DNA of 20,000 nt. Source: an uncultured virus (IMG/VR IMGVR_UViG_3300033148_004385). Taxonomy: Duplodnaviria > Heunggongvirae > Uroviricota > Caudoviricetes. Below, in pieces: positions 17,504 to 20,000 of the stretch (position 1 is the first letter of the stretch; every line of letters begins with the position of its first letter). The notes below the pieces were generated by a model. It ran no database searches. It was not told where the DNA came from and saw only the letters and a program-made list of their open reading frames with translations. Both the position numbers and the translations under genes were made by a program. The stretch spans positions 54,259 through 74,258 of IMG/VR virus record IMGVR_UViG_3300033148_004385. The stretch is one strand, 5' to 3'.

Positions 17504-18048
17504 TAATTACAATCATATTCTGTTTTAAGATATCCTTTGTTTGTTATTATTTCAAATATATCTTCTAAATCACAAATAACAAATTCAACACCCAAAGATT
17601 CTAAATATTGAATTCCGGCAATAGTAAACTTAGAATATTCATCAATTTCTTCACACCAATCTTGTATTTTATCTTCAATTACAACCTGACCAGTTAAACA
17701 ATCAACTTCATATGAATCTGAATATAATTCATAATTAATAAAAATCTTTTTAATTTCTACCATTTCATTTATTGTATATTCAGGTAATTCATGAAATGAA
17801 TTAATACCATATGAAAATTGGAAGGTAAATCTCATTTTTGATTCTTCCATTTTTTGGTTATCTACATCAGCATAGACTAAAATTTTACTAAAAGGTGATA
17901 ATAACATTGGCTCATTGAACCAAAATGATTTAATTCCACTTGTAGCAGTGGAATCTATATTAGAATTGAATTTTTTAGGTGAAATATAAACCTTTCCGTC
18001 TCTGATTACAAAGTCCTTTCCGTCTGTATTTCTATAAAAATTACCCAC
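17500..18048 (-). CDS. Hypothetical protein
   Basis: 182 aa ORF, GTG start with AGGGG RBS. Confidence 0.7.
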   Translation of the reverse strand: MGNFYRNTDGKDFVIRDGKVYISPKKFNSNIDSTATSGIKSFWFNEPMLLSPFSKILVYADVDNQKMEESKMRFTFQFSYGINSFHELPEYTINEMVEIKKIFINYELYSDSYEVDCLTGQVVIEDKIQDWCEEIDEYSKFTIAGIQYLESLGVEFVICDLEDIFEIITNKGYLKTEYDCNY

Positions 18049-18069
18049 TTGATTCCCCTACGGATTTTT

Positions 18070-18477
18070 TTAATGTTGGTATCTTTTTTTTAATGAATCT
18101 ATTTCTTTTTTGGTGAATAAACTTCTTTTCAATAATAAACCATAAACATCAGCACATAATACAGCTTGTGTTGATAATTTAGTTGTATTATATGTTTCAC
18201 CATCATGATGAAAAGTTATTGAATAATTATCATTATCAACAACATCTGAAATGTCATCAAAATAAAAACTTAAATAATTACCATTTTTTAATAAAATGTC
18301 AATATGCATTTGTTCCATACCATCAGTTGATGATAAATTATTAAAAAAATCCCAAATTGTAGTTTTAAGTTCCGACCTATATGTTGTTGGTGCGATAACT
18401 TCCATACCATTAAAAGATTCATATGTTTCATCCCAGTATTTCACTATTTCATTTGAGATATATTTATTAGTAGTCAT
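18070..18477 (-). CDS. Hypothetical protein
   Basis: 135 aa ORF, GAGGT RBS, own promoter cassette. Confidence 0.75.
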   Translation of the reverse strand: MTTNKYISNEIVKYWDETYESFNGMEVIAPTTYRSELKTTIWDFFNNLSSTDGMEQMHIDILLKNGNYLSFYFDDISDVVDNDNYSITFHHDGETYNTTKLSTQAVLCADVYGLLLKRSLFTKKEIDSLKKRYQH

Positions 18478-18481
18478 TTGA

Positions 18482-18548
18482 ACCTCATGTAAACGATGGC
18501 TTAATTATCATCTATCTACAGTATATTGGTTTTTTTTGGATTTGTCAA
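18482..18548 (-). promoter_or_regulatory. Promoter/stem-loop/RBS cassette copy
   Basis: TTGACAAATCC..17-nt spacer..TATACT; AGATGATAATTAAGCCATC; GAGGT. Confidence 0.85.
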
Positions 18549-18551
18549 GGT

Positions 18552-19193
18552 TTATTTCTCAAAATAAAATATTCTTTCCATTTTACTATAATCAGTGTGG
18601 TAATTAACAGTAACATCTTTATATAACGAATTTAGATATTTTAAAATGTCATCAGGTTGTAAGAATTTAGGCATATGATTTTTATAACAAAAATACACAT
18701 CAGTAATTTCATTAGCAATAAAATCTGTATTAAATTCATTGCTAATTGCTTCATGTACCATATATCGACTATTAGTTGGTATGCTTGCTGTTTCACCATC
18801 CATAAAATCTTTTGTTATAGAATTAGCAATATTTATCAGTACATCATTTTCAATTCTTTTCATTTTTTCTAATATTTTTCTATTATTAATAAATTTAGTG
18901 GAAGTAGTGAATGTCATTTTACAATCAGAATTTGAAGTATTTAGGTTTAATGTTAAGTTTTTATTATCAAATAATTCAGTTTTTATATGCATAATTATAT
19001 AATCAGCATTTTTTAAATACAATATTATGTAATCATTTTGGAAAGCATATGGACCCAATGGATTACCACCATGTACTACAACAGTTGTAAATCCATCATT
19101 AAAATTAATTACTTTATATTTCATAATTGATTCTATAAATTTTTGTAGTTCATCAATTGTATTTATTTTTTTTTCTATTATCATATCACTCAT
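18552..19193 (-). CDS. Hypothetical protein
   Basis: Likely start ATG 19193 (MSDMII) after GGAGG. Confidence 0.72.
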   Translation of the reverse strand: MSDMIIEKKINTIDELQKFIESIMKYKVINFNDGFTTVVVHGGNPLGPYAFQNDYIILYLKNADYIIMHIKTELFDNKNLTLNLNTSNSDCKMTFTTSTKFINNRKILEKMKRIENDVLINIANSITKDFMDGETASIPTNSRYMVHEAISNEFNTDFIANEITDVYFCYKNHMPKFLQPDDILKYLNSLYKDVTVNYHTDYSKMERIFYFEK

Positions 19194-19198
19194 ATAAT

Positions 19199-19262
19199 CC
19201 TCCATTAATATAGGTTTAATTACCCATCATTTAAATTATATGGATTTTAAAGAGTTTGTCAA
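19199..19262 (-). promoter_or_regulatory. Promoter/stem-loop/RBS cassette copy
   Basis: TTGACA-16-TATAAT; GATGGGTAATTAAACCT; GGAGG. Confidence 0.8.
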
Positions 19263-19269
19263 TTGATTT

Positions 19270-19938
19270 TTAATATCTATATAATTTATAAACAGTCTTT
19301 GAAAATATCTTTGAAATTTTAGTATGTAAACCTGTTTCAGATATAATAAATTCATCAGTGTTTATATTATTTTTATTAAATGTGTAATCTTGTCTTTTAA
19401 CTATTTCCTGAATATAAAAGTTATTAAAATCAATTTTATTATCAAATCTATCTCTTAATTTTTCTAATCTTTTACTTTCAAAAATATTTAATTTATATTG
19501 AGTATTTGTTATTATATAAATATAAAAACTCATTAATAATCTATTATCATATGTTTTACTAATTCCATTCAAATCAATTTTTTCTAAAATATCTTTATTA
19601 TGTAAATAAACAGAAGATAATATTAACATACTTTTAGATTTATTTTCATAAAATCCAAATCCAATTTCATTTTTATCATACTTATAAGTAGTATTATTAA
19701 TAATATTTTTAAGTTCCATTTTCTTGTTATTTTTAAACATATTAATTATTTTTTTATCATTTATTAATGAATAATCAATATGTATTCCTTTTTTTTTAGA
19801 TTTAAATATTCTAAATGTATATTTTTTATTTTTATATAATGCTTTAATTTGTATTCCAAAATTTATATTTTCAATTATTGATATTTTAAATTTATTTCTT
19901 TTTAGTTTTTTTATTAATTCTTTTTTTAATTTTTCCAT
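19270..19938 (-). CDS. Basic hypothetical protein, possibly a degenerate RNase HII/HIII-like fold
   Basis: ORF with AGGAG RBS is clear; EIG...LILSSVYL...GISKT...ISKIFSK only loosely echoes IGxDE...LVVAAVYV...DSKK...AASIIAR. Confidence 0.4.
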   Translation of the reverse strand: MEKLKKELIKKLKRNKFKISIIENINFGIQIKALYKNKKYTFRIFKSKKKGIHIDYSLINDKKIINMFKNNKKMELKNIINNTTYKYDKNEIGFGFYENKSKSMLILSSVYLHNKDILEKIDLNGISKTYDNRLLMSFYIYIITNTQYKLNIFESKRLEKLRDRFDNKIDFNNFYIQEIVKRQDYTFNKNNINTDEFIISETGLHTKISKIFSKTVYKLYRY

Positions 19939-20000
19939 TTTTTTAACTCCTAATTACTATATATATTATATATAATAATATTATAAGTAAAACTAAAAGT

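Noticed and set aside
1723..18872. Numerous plus-strand ORFs (e.g. 1723-2040, 5101-5493, 7987-8427, 8208-8783, 9947-10468) and alternate-frame ORFs (8352-8558, 11271-11561, 13910-14185)
   Set aside because: Shadow frames of repetitive or AT-rich real genes; H/F/Y- or M/K-biased translations, no RBS
166..19262. CRISPR array or integron attC sites
   Set aside because: Repeats are kilobases apart and contain promoter boxes; no regular spacers, no cas or integrase gene, no attC core sites recognised
1..20000. Diversity-generating retroelement as the source of MORN diversity
   Set aside because: No reverse transcriptase in the window; the 13594/14290 repeat mismatches are not confined to adenines on either strand; paralogs are too divergent for a TR/VR pair
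1..20000. Stop-codon reassignment
   Set aside because: Genes tile tightly under the standard code with TAA, TAG and TGA all used as stops; the one break is a homopolymer frameshift
19940..20000. AT-only palindromic stretch as origin or promoter
   Set aside because: Low complexity and cut by the window edge; cannot be supported

Overview
Very AT-rich, densely coding window, almost all on the minus strand, that looks like part of a large T4-related (Tevenvirinae-like or jumbo) phage genome. Core-type genes are a gp55-like late sigma factor, a gp62-like clamp-loader small subunit, an RNase H/5'-3' exonuclease and a gp30.3-like NADAR protein. The window is dominated by about 14 divergent MORN-variant (MORN_2/YwqK-like) repeat genes. 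One has an A11 frameshift, and one is inverted and flanked by a duplicated rnh 3' end. They are interspersed with an RlmN/Cfr-like radical SAM enzyme, two stand-alone DUF262 proteins, a DUF285 protein and a zinc-ribbon protein. Many genes are preceded by a repeated regulatory cassette (sigma70-like promoter + short stem-loop + RBS) that starts within a few bases of the upstream stop codon, reminiscent of the PeSL elements of T4-type phages. All family assignments come from motif recognition by eye; no searches were run.
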